Origin: Desulfatiglandales bacterium
GTDB lineage: Bacteria; Desulfobacterota; DSM-4660; Desulfatiglandales; Desulfatiglandaceae
NCBI GenBank assembly: GCA_963666345.1
Contig: OY762721.1
Span: 4,098,109 to 4,162,108, forward strand
Direction: 5' to 3'
Length of the DNA stretch: 64,000 nt
Below, one piece after another: positions 9,410 through 20,197 of this stretch. Numbering within the stretch: position 1 is the stretch's first letter; each line of letters starts with the position of its first letter. Under the pieces are notes generated by a model. The model was not told where the DNA came from and did not search any database. It saw only the letters and a list, made by a program, of their open reading frames with translations. The position numbers and the translations under genes are program-made.

Positions 9410-11586
9410 GATCTAAGCCGAGCCTTTAATATAGAGTTTCTTTTATGTGTCTTGTCATTGTTGACCGCCATTGAAAGGGCCTTTCTGCTGCCCACAAGTA
9501 CAACGAGCCTGCTTGCCCTGGTGATTGCCGTGTAGATCAGATTTCGCTGGAGAAGCATATAATGTTGAGGCATCAAGGGTATTATAACGGCGGGATACTC
9601 GGATCCCTGAGATTTATGGACCGAAACGGCATATGCGAGCATTATTTCATCCAGCTCCGAAAAATAATAAGACACCTCACGCCCGTCAAAGGCAATGATT
9701 ACAAACTGTTGGTCGTTTTCTATCCTTGATATCGTTCCGATATCTCCGTTAAAAACCTCTTTCTCATAATTGTTTTTTACCTGAAGGACCTTGTCCCCAA
9801 CCTTATAGCTTCTGTTTCCTCTTGATAAGATCCCGTTCCCTTTATTCAAAACATCCTGAAGTTTTTTGTTGAGATTATCAGTGCCTGTGATTCCTTTATG
9901 CATCGGACTGATTACCTGAACATCCCTTACCGGGTCTAATCCGAATCGCCTGGGAATGCGTTCTGTGACAAGTGAAATGATAATCCTCAAGACCTCCTGG
10001 GCATCTTCCTGTTCGATAAAATAGAAATCATTTTCCCTGCTTTCGGTGTCTTTGGTCAAAGGAAGCATCCCGGACTTTATCCTGTGGGCATTCACGATTA
10101 TCCTGCTCTGCCTTGCCTGTCGAAAAATCTCGTTCAGCTCTATTACCGGCACTGTTTTCGAATCAATAATATCTTTCAGAACCGTACCTGCTCCTACCGA
10201 AGGAAGTTGATTTACGTCTCCCACCAGTACGATAGTGGCACCATTAGGTACGGCAACAAGCAGTTGGTGCATCAGGACGATGTCTATCATTGAGGCCTCA
10301 TCTATTATCAATAAATCACATTCCAGAGGTCTTCCAGCATGTCTTTGAAAACCTCCTTTACGCATGCTGTATTCAAGCATCCTGTGGATGGTTTTTGCCT
10401 CACGCCTGGTGGCCTCGCTCATCCTTTTGGCCGCGCGCCCGGTAGGCGCGGCCAAAAGAGTCTTTGAACCGAACCTGTCGAAAATATCTATTATCGCTTT
10501 GATGATCGTGGTTTTTCCTGTTCCGGGGCCTCCGGTTATCACGGTCACATTGTTTAACAAGGTGTGTCTTACCGCAAGGAGTTGATTCCGAGCAAGGTTT
10601 ATCGACACCTGACCCTGTGCCAGGATTTTCGCTTTTTCATCCGATATCTTATCTGTACGTCTTTGAAATCCGTTAAGTGCCTTTATCCGCTCTGCAACCC
10701 CGTTTTCAGAAGAGAAAAGCCATGAAAGATAAACAGCCTTGCTGTTTTCGTCATATGCCTCCAGGTTTTCATCCAGATCCTCAAGATATATGTCTTCACG
10801 TCCGGCCAAAGTTGATATCGCATGGACGATGATTTCCCGATCCACGCAAAGGATCTTGCGGCACTTTTCTATCAGCCGTTCATATGGGGAAAATACGTGT
10901 CCATCATCGGCGAATTTGCGCAGCACGAAGAGAACCCCCGCTTCTATTCTCAACTTGGAATCTTTTGAAAATCCGAGCTTTTCCGCGATACTGTCCGCAA
11001 CCAAAAAACCGATACCGAAGATATCGGACGCAAGCCTATACGGGTTGCTTCTAACCACTTCAATCGCCTTTTTCCCATATTGTCTAAAAATCTTTGCGGC
11101 ATATCCCGAACTCACACCATGCCCCTGAAGAAAGAGCATTACCTCCCGTATCTCTTTCTGTTCCTCCCATGCATCTTTGATCATGCTGATCCGCTTGTTG
11201 CCGATTCCCTCAACCTCAACAAGCCTTTCAACCCTTTTTTCGATAATGTCAAAGGTGTCGATGCCGAATTGCCCTACGATTTTTTCAGCCATGACAGGAC
11301 CGATTCCTTTTATAAGGCCTGATCCGAGGTATTTCTTTATGCCCTGAACGGAAACCGGTACATGGCCTTCGTAGTGATCCATTTTGAACTGTCTGCCGAA
11401 TCTGGGGTGGGTTACCCACTGCCCTGTCATCTTTATGATTTCACCCGGGGCAGGGGCAAACATCTTCCCGACTACGGTCACTCTGGTCAATTCTCCTCTT
11501 ACGTTTACCTTTGCTATGGTAAAACCGTCTTCTTCGCTTCTGAAGGAGATTTTTTCTATCTGGCCTTCCAGTTCGATATCCATCAA
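9406..11586 (-). CDS. recD2: ATP-dependent RecD-like helicase
   Basis: N-terminal OB and HhH (YLGSGLIKGIG), Walker A GGPGTGKTT, DEASM, GDVNQLPSVG, HKSQGSEY. Confidence 0.95.
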   Translation of the reverse strand: MMDIELEGQIEKISFRSEEDGFTIAKVNVRGELTRVTVVGKMFAPAPGEIIKMTGQWVTHPRFGRQFKMDHYEGHVPVSVQGIKKYLGSGLIKGIGPVMAEKIVGQFGIDTFDIIEKRVERLVEVEGIGNKRISMIKDAWEEQKEIREVMLFLQGHGVSSGYAAKIFRQYGKKAIEVVRSNPYRLASDIFGIGFLVADSIAEKLGFSKDSKLRIEAGVLFVLRKFADDGHVFSPYERLIEKCRKILCVDREIIVHAISTLAGREDIYLEDLDENLEAYDENSKAVYLSWLFSSENGVAERIKALNGFQRRTDKISDEKAKILAQGQVSINLARNQLLAVRHTLLNNVTVITGGPGTGKTTIIKAIIDIFDRFGSKTLLAAPTGRAAKRMSEATRREAKTIHRMLEYSMRKGGFQRHAGRPLECDLLIIDEASMIDIVLMHQLLVAVPNGATIVLVGDVNQLPSVGAGTVLKDIIDSKTVPVIELNEIFRQARQSRIIVNAHRIKSGMLPLTKDTESRENDFYFIEQEDAQEVLRIIISLVTERIPRRFGLDPVRDVQVISPMHKGITGTDNLNKKLQDVLNKGNGILSRGNRSYKVGDKVLQVKNNYEKEVFNGDIGTISRIENDQQFVIIAFDGREVSYYFSELDEIMLAYAVSVHKSQGSEYPAVIIPLMPQHYMLLQRNLIYTAITRASRLVVLVGSRKALSMAVNNDKTHKRNSILKARLRS

Positions 11587-12009
11587 CTATCTCTGCTTTT
11601 TTATCCAGGTCGGTACTTTGATTTGGTCGTCAGGATCAAGATGTTTCAGGTATGGCTTTATATCCACGACCGGGGTCGAATCAAACGCATCAATATCTTC
11701 TATATAAACCAGGTTGCCTTCAACAGAAAGGATTTTACAGGTAGAAATGGCTATCGGGTTCGGTCTGCGCGCAGAACGCGTTGCAAATACCCCGGAAAGA
11801 GGATTGTCAGGGTTCCCTCTCGGGTGAACCCTGAGGACGCGCCTGTCTTCAGGCTTATCCCTTTTATTGAACCAGAAAAAGATTAATATGTGGGAAAAAT
11901 CCTCCAGCTTCAGAAGGCCGTCTCTGTAGCAATCATAAATCTCCACAAAAACCGAATTTTTGTCTTTTCTGATCATGCCGATCGGAAAAATTTCAAATGA
12001 TTTGTACAT
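11587..12009 (-). CDS. tsaA: tRNA m6t6A37 methyltransferase TrmO/TsaA family
   Basis: GVFATRS..RPNPI, DAFDSTPVVDIKPY. Confidence 0.9.
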   Translation of the reverse strand: MYKSFEIFPIGMIRKDKNSVFVEIYDCYRDGLLKLEDFSHILIFFWFNKRDKPEDRRVLRVHPRGNPDNPLSGVFATRSARRPNPIAISTCKILSVEGNLVYIEDIDAFDSTPVVDIKPYLKHLDPDDQIKVPTWIKKQR

Positions 12010-12422
12010 AGGTCACCTGAGACTGTCTTTTATTATCATAAAAGTCGTGCTTAGCCGGGTTGGGTTGAAAAAATGCAGGGTTGTAAAATGCTGCCGTGCT
12101 TTAGGGATTACAATAAGTCTTCCATGTCTGCCTGGGTCCTTTCGGCTGGAAGCCCTTATTCGTCAGTACAGTAAGCCATCTTTATCTTTCCTTATACACT
12201 CACCTTTTATCTTTGACAACACCATCAGAAGCTGTTTCAAGCGGAAACCGAAAACAATTTGGGCACTATCAGTCTTGAATTAATATCTCAGACCGGAACT
12301 TGACACCTGCAGGATAGTGTCTATACAAGGTTCCGGGAAGCGAGGACTAAAAGGCATTGCCTGCGGCGGTGAACCGGGCTAAATCGTTTGAAGGCCTTTG
12401 ATGGCGCGCCTGGTATTATGGC

Positions 12423-12450
12423 TTGTCTTTTTTTTACATACTGGTATACT
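12423..12450 (+). promoter_or_regulatory. sigma70-like promoter of the yfcE-HIT-lapA operon
   Basis: TTGTCT, 16 bp spacer, extended -10 TG-G-TATACT. Confidence 0.5.
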
Positions 12451-12490
12451 CCAGAGGCTGGATCATAAGGTGGAGAAGTAAGGATTTTTT

Positions 12491-12973
12491 ATGACGATAA
12501 CCGTAGGCGTTCTTTCAGATACACATCTCAGGACTGTGACCCGGGAGCTTGTTGATATTTACGACCGGTACCTTTCAGACAAGGATCTTGTGCTTCACTG
12601 CGGTGATGTCGTGTCAAAAGAAATACTGGACATGTTGGGCCGGAAGGATTTCCATGGCGTTTGCGGAAACATGGACACTCCTGAAGTAAGGGAGCTCCTT
12701 CCTGAAAAAAGAACACTGCGGATAGGAAACTTTAATTTGGGGCTCATTCACGGCTACGGTTCGCCTGACGGGTTAGAGGACCGTATAAAAGGAGAGTTCG
12801 GCAAGGTGGATATTATAGTTTACGGTCACTCCCACAATGCCTCCAATCATGTCAGGGAAGGGGTCCTGTTTTTTAATCCCGGATCTGCAACCGGTTATAG
12901 CCGTTCAGGCAGAAACAGTATCGGTGTCCTGGAAATAGGAACCTCTGTCGATGGTCGCATTATAGAAATATGA
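12491..12973 (+). CDS. YfcE/MJ0936-family metallophosphoesterase
   Basis: SDTH, HCGD, GNMD, HG, GHSH, NPGS motifs. Confidence 0.9.
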   Translation: MTITVGVLSDTHLRTVTRELVDIYDRYLSDKDLVLHCGDVVSKEILDMLGRKDFHGVCGNMDTPEVRELLPEKRTLRIGNFNLGLIHGYGSPDGLEDRIKGEFGKVDIIVYGHSHNASNHVREGVLFFNPGSATGYSRSGRNSIGVLEIGTSVDGRIIEI

Positions 12974-12981
12974 GGTGTCGG

Positions 12982-13491
12982 ATGAAGCCGATGTGGGCAC
13001 CCTGGAGGATGGAATATATATTGTCAGAGGGCGGGAAAGAAGAGTGCATCTTTTGTCCCGGGCCTGACCGCGGAAGGGATGAATCGCGCCTGATTCTTCA
13101 TGTCGGTTCCCTTTCCATGGTCATGATGAATCGTTTTCCCTATATAAACGGGCATATACTGGTGGCCCCGCTTAGACATATTTCAAGCCTTGAAAAACTG
13201 ACCCCTGAAGAGACTCTGGATCTCCTATCCACCGTCAGTAGATGTACCGCTATACTGAGAAAGACAATGGGTCCCGATGGTTTCAATGTGGGACTTAACC
13301 TGGGTAAAGTGGCGGGTGCCGGGGTTGATGATCATATACATTTTCACATCGTACCCCGATGGGGGGGGGATACCAACTTTATGACCGTTTTCGGGGAGGT
13401 GAGAGTTATCCCTGAACACATTGAAGAGACATACAGAAGATTAAGACCCTTTTTCCCCGGGTCTGGTGATGATAATGGAGGTGATAAATGA
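12982..13491 (+). CDS. HIT family hydrolase
   Basis: WAPWRMEYI, CIFC, NRFPY..GH, HIHFHIVPRW histidine triad. Confidence 0.9.
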   Translation: MKPMWAPWRMEYILSEGGKEECIFCPGPDRGRDESRLILHVGSLSMVMMNRFPYINGHILVAPLRHISSLEKLTPEETLDLLSTVSRCTAILRKTMGPDGFNVGLNLGKVAGAGVDDHIHFHIVPRWGGDTNFMTVFGEVRVIPEHIEETYRRLRPFFPGSGDDNGGDK

Positions 13492-13832
13492 AACACGTAA
13501 AGGCCATTTTTGTAATCCTATTTGTTTTGCTTATTATAATTATCGCAGTGCAGAATTATGAGGCTTTTTCAACCACCGTAAAATTTAAGGTGGATCTTGT
13601 CTTTTCCAGTTACGAATCCAGTGAAATGTCTCTCTATTTTGTAGCTGTGATAACCTTCCTTCTTGGAGTCCTGTTTGCCGGATTTTATGGCATAGCCGAA
13701 CGCTTTAGACTGAAGAATCAGATAAAAAATCTCATGAAAGATGCAAAGGGAAAGGAAGAGGAACTGAACTCGCTCAGAAATCTGCCCTTGACGGGAGAAG
13801 ACTTGGGGCCTGAAAAGGAATCTGAAGCATAG
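13488..13832 (+). CDS. lapA: LapA-family membrane protein (LPS assembly protein A)
   Basis: Two TM helices with AVQN, coiled tail ending ELNSLRNLP; precedes lapB. Confidence 0.75.
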   Translation: MKHVKAIFVILFVLLIIIIAVQNYEAFSTTVKFKVDLVFSSYESSEMSLYFVAVITFLLGVLFAGFYGIAERFRLKNQIKNLMKDAKGKEEELNSLRNLPLTGEDLGPEKESEA

Positions 13833-14065
13833 ACTAAAAGTCCCTCAGGGACAAAACCGCCTTTTAAATCGTATTGCCTTTCATTTATTCAGAAATATGT
13901 GTTCCTGTGCGCCTTTTCCGGGCCCTGTATAAATTATCTCAAAAAACGGCCTTGCATGGAATTTTGTTGATCCGCACGGTCTGGAGCAAATAACTTTTTT
14001 GGTAAATCCAGGCTGAGTAACGGTATAGTAAGTGTTGATTCATCAATTAGTCGAGGGATGGTAAG

Positions 14066-15328
14066 ATGTTCGAATCTGTGTGGGAGTGGATTGTTTCACC
14101 TGAAAATCTACGGCTACTTTTGGGGGTATCAATCGCCTTTACCGCAGGCCTTCTAATCAGCGGATGGTCCAAAAGGGCTACTGATAAATCATCTGCAAGC
14201 AAGGGGGATGAGGCCTTTTTCAAAGGTATTCAGTATATCCTGTCCAATGACCACGACCATGCGATAGAGGAATTTACTAAATCGGTAAAAGTCAATTCAG
14301 ATACCGTCGAAACCTACGTTGCCCTTGGAAATCTTTATAGATCAAAAGGAGATATCGACAGGGCTATCAGGATTCGCCAGAATCTGATATTAAGACCCCA
14401 GATTGATGAAAGGATAAGGATTCAAGCCTTATTTGATTTGGGCCTCGATTATCGTACCGGAGGATTCCTCAACAGGGCCCTTGGAATGTTTCTCAAGGTA
14501 ATTCAGAAAGACCCTGCCAATGTCGAAGCCCTTGAGAGGGCCGAGAGAATTTATGAGGAGATGGAGGACTGGAATAACGCCTATCGTGTGAGACACAGGA
14601 TTTCACGTTTGACAAGAGAAGACCACAGAAACAGGCTGGCCCATCATCTTGTTGAACTTGGGAAGGGGTCCGCTGAAAAGGGAGATACGGGCAAGGCCGT
14701 ATCGCTCTATAACAAGGCCATTTCCACGGACAAAAACTGTGTGGATGCCTATCTGCATTTAGGAGATGTATACCTGGAGCGGGGAGATCATAAAAAGGCC
14801 CTTTCAGCGTGGAAAAAGATCGTGCATGTGGCCCCGCGCTTTACATTCCTTGCCTATCGCAGGCTTGAAGCTTCTTATGCCACTATCAAAGATCTGAAAC
14901 CTGTGGAGGATTTTCTGAAGGAATGCAGCAGTTCCAATCCTGATGCATTTACTCACATGGCAATGGCCAGGTATCTTTACAATGAAAATGATACTGAAGG
15001 CAGCTTAAGGGAGCTTGACGATGCCCTTGAACTTAATCCGGATTTCTGGGAGGCAAGACGTTTCAGGGGGCAGATCCTCCTGGAGAAGGACCGCGAAGCC
15101 GAGGCCCTTGAGGACTACGAAGAACTGATCGAACACCTTACAATACCTTATCTGCGCTTTCAATGTTCCGAGTGCGGTTTTCAGGCCAATGAATTGGTGT
15201 GGCAGTGTCCTCAATGCAAGAATTGGGACACCATAAACCTGAAAGAGTTGAAGGCACAGCTTCCAAAGACCCCTGACGCAACCGATACAGCCTTGCCAGA
15301 TATAAAGCCTGCCGTTCCGGAGCATTAA
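14066..15328 (+). CDS. lapB: LPS assembly protein B (TPR plus rubredoxin)
   Basis: N-terminal TM, ALGNLYRSKG...RAIRIRQ, TPR repeats, C-terminal CSECGF...WQCPQCKNW. Confidence 0.85.
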   Translation: MFESVWEWIVSPENLRLLLGVSIAFTAGLLISGWSKRATDKSSASKGDEAFFKGIQYILSNDHDHAIEEFTKSVKVNSDTVETYVALGNLYRSKGDIDRAIRIRQNLILRPQIDERIRIQALFDLGLDYRTGGFLNRALGMFLKVIQKDPANVEALERAERIYEEMEDWNNAYRVRHRISRLTREDHRNRLAHHLVELGKGSAEKGDTGKAVSLYNKAISTDKNCVDAYLHLGDVYLERGDHKKALSAWKKIVHVAPRFTFLAYRRLEASYATIKDLKPVEDFLKECSSSNPDAFTHMAMARYLYNENDTEGSLRELDDALELNPDFWEARRFRGQILLEKDREAEALEDYEELIEHLTIPYLRFQCSECGFQANELVWQCPQCKNWDTINLKELKAQLPKTPDATDTALPDIKPAVPEH

Positions 15329-15329
15329 C

Positions 15330-17927
15330 ATGACCAAGATGACACCAATGTTGAGACAGTATCTGGGGATAAAGGGACAATACCCCGATGCCATACTCTT
15401 TTTCAGAATGGGTGATTTCTACGAGATGTTTTTTGAAGACGCCTCTGTCGCCTCCCGCATTTTGGGGATTACATTAACCTCCAGAGGCACATATGAGGGT
15501 AAAAAGGTCCCCATGTGCGGAATTCCGCACCATGCCTCAAGATCTTATCTCTACAAGATGGTGAAAAGCGGTCACAAGGTAGCCATATGTGAACAGGTTG
15601 AGGATCCCGGTATAAGTAAAGGGATAGTAAAAAGAGGGGTTGTCAGGCTGGTGACGCCCGGATCAATTGTGGATGAAGGTGGAGTTGATGAAAACAGCAA
15701 CCTTTATATGGCCGCAATTGCTGAAGAAAAAAACAATTATGGCCTGGCTCATGTGGATCTGTCAACAGGCGAATTTCGGGTTACAGAGGTCGAATCACTT
15801 GAAGAGCTTCTTGATGAGCTTGGTAGAATAGGGCCTGCAGAGCTTCTTATTGAGGAGGGACATCCCCTCCTGTCGGTCAAAGGCCTCTCAAATTACAACC
15901 TGGAGCATGAGAAAAGTGATCTTTTCAGCCTTGGGATTGCGAAACCTATCCTCAAAGAACAGCTGGGGGTCAATTCCCTGGCCGGGTTCGGTTGTGAAGA
16001 AATGACTCAAGGCGTGATTGCTGCGGGTGTTCTGGCACATTATCTGAGAGAAACTCAAAAGGGGAAACCGCAACATGTAAAGGACCTGGTAAGCTACCGT
16101 ATAGGTGATTTCATGTTCCTTGACGAGGCAACCTGTTCTCACCTGGAACTTCATAAGACCATGAGGAGACAGTCTTCAAAGGGGTCCCTTTTCCAGATAA
16201 TGGATAAGACCGTTACACCCATGGGCGGCAGGTTGCTGAAAAAGTGGATAGTCTATCCGCTGATCAACCTTGGGGACATCCGCAATCGCCTGGCAGCGGT
16301 TGACTGCATAAAAAAAGATCCAATGATGAGACACCGGATGAGGAGCACTCTGGGAGAGATTTATGATCTGGAGCGGCTCAACGGCAGAATCGCCCTTGGC
16401 AGGGCAAACGCCAGAGACATGCTGGCTCTGAGGGATTCGTTGCTGAAACTGCCGGAGATTAAGGAAACCCTCAAGGGTTCGCCCAGCACCCTTTTATCCG
16501 AAATTTCATCGCATCTTGATACGCTCCAGGATGTTGCCGAACTGATCCTCAATTCCATCCATGAAGATCCTCCTGTTTCCTTAAGGGATGGCCGAATCAT
16601 AAAAGAGGGTTACAATCGAGATCTGGACAGACTCATATCCCTTTGCAGAGACGGCAAGAGTTGGATTTCTTCATTTGCCGAGCAGGAGAAGCGAAGGACC
16701 GGCATTTCCAGCCTGAAGATAGGCTATAATAAGGTATTCGGTTATTATATAGAAATTTCCAAGACGAATCTCCATCTTGCTCCCACCGGTTACATAAGAA
16801 AACAAACCCTCGTAAACGGGGAAAGATACATTACCGAGGACCTAAAGAAAAAGGAAGAGGAAGTCCTGGGAGCGGAAGAAAAAAGGGTCGCGCTTGAGTA
16901 TGAGCTCTTCGATTCCATTAGAAGAGATGTGGCGAGCAATAACCTTCGCATAAGGCAGAGCGCGGATCTGATTGCAAAAATCGACGTGCTTTCCGGGCTT
17001 GCCGAGATAGCCGAATTAAACAATTACGTCCGGCCGGAAGTCAACGAAGACTCTGAGATCTTTATAGAGGAAGGACGTCATCCCGTTATCGAGCTAAGCG
17101 TGAAGGAAGAGGCGTTTGTGCCCAATGATATAATGCTTGATTCCAGAGAACAGCAGTTAATGATAATTACAGGGCCCAATATGGCGGGAAAATCCACTAT
17201 ACTGCGACAGACCGCCCTGACAGTCCTAATGGCGCAGATGGGAAGCTTTGTGCCGGCATCAAGGGCGTCGATAGGTCTGGTAGACAGGATATTTACCCGA
17301 GTGGGTGCCTCCGATGACCTTGCCAGGGGACAGAGCACCTTTATGGTGGAAATGAATGAAACCGCCAATATCCTTCGCCATTCAACACCCAAAAGCCTAG
17401 TTATATTGGATGAAATCGGAAGGGGCACAAGCACATACGACGGGCTTAGCATTGCCTGGGCGGTTGCTGAGTCTCTCCATGACAGGGACGGCCTTGGTGT
17501 GCGCACCCTTTTTGCAACCCATTATCATGAATTGACGGAGCTGGCCGCAAAAAAACAAAGGATCAAAAATTACAATATCGCTGTCAAGGAATGGAACGAT
17601 AAGATAATTTTTTTAAGGAAGCTTGTGCCGGGTGAGACCAGCAGAAGTTATGGAATTCAGGTCGCCAGGATTGCCGGGTTGCCTGAAGAGGTCCTTAAGA
17701 GGGCAGGGGAGATCCTTGAAGAACTTGAAGATAAAGGGCTTAATGGTGGAGAGATATGGCCTTCATCCAGGATTGCGGGCGAGGATGACGGCTTACATCA
17801 ATTGAGTCTTTTCAGGTCCCACGATAATAGGATAAGCGAGTGGATAAGGGGCCTGGAAATCTCTTCAATGACCCCTCTTGAGGCCTTGATGGAGCTTAAC
17901 AGGCTTAAGGAATCGATAGATGCTTGA
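15330..17927 (+). CDS. mutS: DNA mismatch repair protein MutS
   Basis: TPML.QY, FFRMGDFYEMF, TGPNMAGKST, STFMVEM, DEIGRGTST, ATHYHEL. Confidence 0.98.
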   Translation: MTKMTPMLRQYLGIKGQYPDAILFFRMGDFYEMFFEDASVASRILGITLTSRGTYEGKKVPMCGIPHHASRSYLYKMVKSGHKVAICEQVEDPGISKGIVKRGVVRLVTPGSIVDEGGVDENSNLYMAAIAEEKNNYGLAHVDLSTGEFRVTEVESLEELLDELGRIGPAELLIEEGHPLLSVKGLSNYNLEHEKSDLFSLGIAKPILKEQLGVNSLAGFGCEEMTQGVIAAGVLAHYLRETQKGKPQHVKDLVSYRIGDFMFLDEATCSHLELHKTMRRQSSKGSLFQIMDKTVTPMGGRLLKKWIVYPLINLGDIRNRLAAVDCIKKDPMMRHRMRSTLGEIYDLERLNGRIALGRANARDMLALRDSLLKLPEIKETLKGSPSTLLSEISSHLDTLQDVAELILNSIHEDPPVSLRDGRIIKEGYNRDLDRLISLCRDGKSWISSFAEQEKRRTGISSLKIGYNKVFGYYIEISKTNLHLAPTGYIRKQTLVNGERYITEDLKKKEEEVLGAEEKRVALEYELFDSIRRDVASNNLRIRQSADLIAKIDVLSGLAEIAELNNYVRPEVNEDSEIFIEEGRHPVIELSVKEEAFVPNDIMLDSREQQLMIITGPNMAGKSTILRQTALTVLMAQMGSFVPASRASIGLVDRIFTRVGASDDLARGQSTFMVEMNETANILRHSTPKSLVILDEIGRGTSTYDGLSIAWAVAESLHDRDGLGVRTLFATHYHELTELAAKKQRIKNYNIAVKEWNDKIIFLRKLVPGETSRSYGIQVARIAGLPEEVLKRAGEILEELEDKGLNGGEIWPSSRIAGEDDGLHQLSLFRSHDNRISEWIRGLEISSMTPLEALMELNRLKESIDA

Positions 17928-17977
17928 ACAGGAATTTCTGCTAATCACCTAACACTACGAAAAGACAAAGATCAAAA

Positions 17978-20188
17978 ATGGCCTACAGACCAAAAATAAT
18001 AATCCTTTTGCTTTTTACGATTCTATTTTTCCAATCTACTGCTTCATCGGCTGCAGCTACAGCCGATAGGGCCGACAGACTTCTGAAGAGCGCTGATGAA
18101 TGCCGGAAGAAACTTGTATCATCGGTTGAAAAGAAAAAGTACCGTCACAACTGGGAGGCATGTGTAAGGAAATACGAGGCGGTATACAGGGCATTTCCCG
18201 AGAGCGACGAGGCCGCGTGGGCCCTTTATCAAGAGGGGAGACTCTATTCGGATCTTTATTATCTTTCGGGAAGATCCGGGGATCTGGAAAGAGCTGTTGA
18301 TTTTTTCAAAAGGCTTACGGGAAAATTTGAGTCCCACAGACTCGCAGATGATGCCTATTATCATCTTGGTGAAATCTATTATAAATACAGGAAAGACAAC
18401 ATCAAGGCCCGTGAGGCCTTTTCCAACGTTGTTGAAAGGTATCCGAAGGGTGACATGACATCCGCTGCCGGGAAGATGCTCCTGGTTCTGGAGAAAAAAG
18501 GCGGTAAAAAGATCACCCTCAGTGCGGGGCCGCCATTGCAAAAGGGTTCGAAAGAGGCTTCCCGGTTGCTGAATGACGCAGACAAATGCAGAAAATCACT
18601 CCTGACAAGTTCAAAAAAGAAAAAATACCGTCATAACTGGAAAAATTGTATTAAAAAGTACATTCGGGTTCTTGAATCGCATCCTGGAACCGATCAGGCT
18701 GTCTGGGCAACCTATAGGGCGGGACTGCTTTTTCAAAATCTATACAGGTATTCGGGACGGTCAAAGGACCTTGACGAGGCCTTGGCCTATTACAGGATAG
18801 TAGCGGAGAAATTCGCAAGTCATCAACTTGCAGATGATGCTCAATACAGGACAGGGGAAATTTATCTGAAAGAGAAAAATGATCCGACTCAGGCATATGT
18901 CGAGTTTCTGAAAGTGGACATAAAGTTTCCCTCAGGAGACATGAGAGCGAAGGCCAAGAAAAGACTTGACCAACTGGCTGTCGCACTCAGCAAAAGGGAT
19001 GATGTCAATGAGGTGAAAAACCGTAAAAAAGATGGGCCTGGTGTTATAAAGGTCCATAATATCAGACACTGGTCGACCCCTAATTACACTAGAGTTGTGC
19101 TGGACGTTGAGGCTCCGGTAAAATATGAACATCATCTGCTAAAAGCGGATCCGGACAACAAAAAGCCGAGAAGACTCTACATCGATCTCAAAAGTGCCGT
19201 AGTGAGTTCAAAAATCGAGAGTGCCATACCGATTAAGGATGGGTTGCTGCAGAGGGCCAGGGCGGCCCAATATGACAAAGACGTCGTAAGGGTTGTTCTG
19301 GATACCCAGCGAGTGGGCGGTTATAAGGTGTTCCATCTTCATGATCCCTTCAGAATCGTCGTTGATGTAAGGAGATTTGAGAAAACAGAACAGAAAGAAA
19401 GAACACCTGTTAAAACGAGGAAAAGGCGTGTCGGAAAAGGGGTCAAAAGGGCCGATAACTCTCACGATTCGGTATCGCTGGCAAGACAGCTTGGGTTGAA
19501 TGTAAAGAAGATCGTGATTGATCCGGGCCATGGCGGCAAAGATCCAGGCTGCATACTTGGGGGAAAGATCCGCGAAAAGGACCTTGTGCTCAAGATTGCC
19601 AAGCTGCTGGCAAAGGAGATAAAAACCAAAATAGGGTGCGAGGTCTGCCTGACAAGGGATAAAGATATATTTCTGCCCCTTGAAAGAAGGACTGCGATTG
19701 CTAATATGCAGAAGGCGGATCTCTTTATTTCATTACATATAAACGCACACAGAAACAAAAAGATCTATGGGCTTGAGACCTATTTCCTCAATATGGCAAC
19801 CGATGAAAGGGCCGTAATGGTGGCAGCCAGGGAAAACGCGACATCTGAAAAAAATATAAGCGATCTACAGTCTATCTTGAACGATCTAATGCTTAATACC
19901 AAAATCCATGAATCGAGCCGGCTTGCAAAGGAGGTTCAAAACGGTGTCGTCTACAGCGTAAAAAAGGGGTACAAACCTGTAAGAAACTTGGGTGTTAAGC
20001 AGGCCCCCTTTTATGTGCTCATAGGAGCGGAAATGCCGGCGGTGCTGGTGGAGGCAGGATTCCTTACCAATTCAACAGAAAGGAAAAGGCTCCTGAGCAG
20101 CACATACCACAAACGCCTTGCTGAAGGAATATGTTCCGGGGTCAAATCCTATATGGAAAATATTGACCAGATATATGGAGGAGGCTAG
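17978..20188 (+). CDS. N-acetylmuramoyl-L-alanine amidase (signal peptide, duplicated TPR module, AMIN, Amidase_3)
   Basis: IDPGHGGKDPG, EKD, SLHINA, APFYVL...PAVLVEAGF; AMIN-like IRHWS...TRVVLD. Confidence 0.92.
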   Translation: MAYRPKIIILLLFTILFFQSTASSAAATADRADRLLKSADECRKKLVSSVEKKKYRHNWEACVRKYEAVYRAFPESDEAAWALYQEGRLYSDLYYLSGRSGDLERAVDFFKRLTGKFESHRLADDAYYHLGEIYYKYRKDNIKAREAFSNVVERYPKGDMTSAAGKMLLVLEKKGGKKITLSAGPPLQKGSKEASRLLNDADKCRKSLLTSSKKKKYRHNWKNCIKKYIRVLESHPGTDQAVWATYRAGLLFQNLYRYSGRSKDLDEALAYYRIVAEKFASHQLADDAQYRTGEIYLKEKNDPTQAYVEFLKVDIKFPSGDMRAKAKKRLDQLAVALSKRDDVNEVKNRKKDGPGVIKVHNIRHWSTPNYTRVVLDVEAPVKYEHHLLKADPDNKKPRRLYIDLKSAVVSSKIESAIPIKDGLLQRARAAQYDKDVVRVVLDTQRVGGYKVFHLHDPFRIVVDVRRFEKTEQKERTPVKTRKRRVGKGVKRADNSHDSVSLARQLGLNVKKIVIDPGHGGKDPGCILGGKIREKDLVLKIAKLLAKEIKTKIGCEVCLTRDKDIFLPLERRTAIANMQKADLFISLHINAHRNKKIYGLETYFLNMATDERAVMVAARENATSEKNISDLQSILNDLMLNTKIHESSRLAKEVQNGVVYSVKKGYKPVRNLGVKQAPFYVLIGAEMPAVLVEAGFLTNSTERKRLLSSTYHKRLAEGICSGVKSYMENIDQIYGGG

Positions 20189-20197
20189 CTTTTCAGC

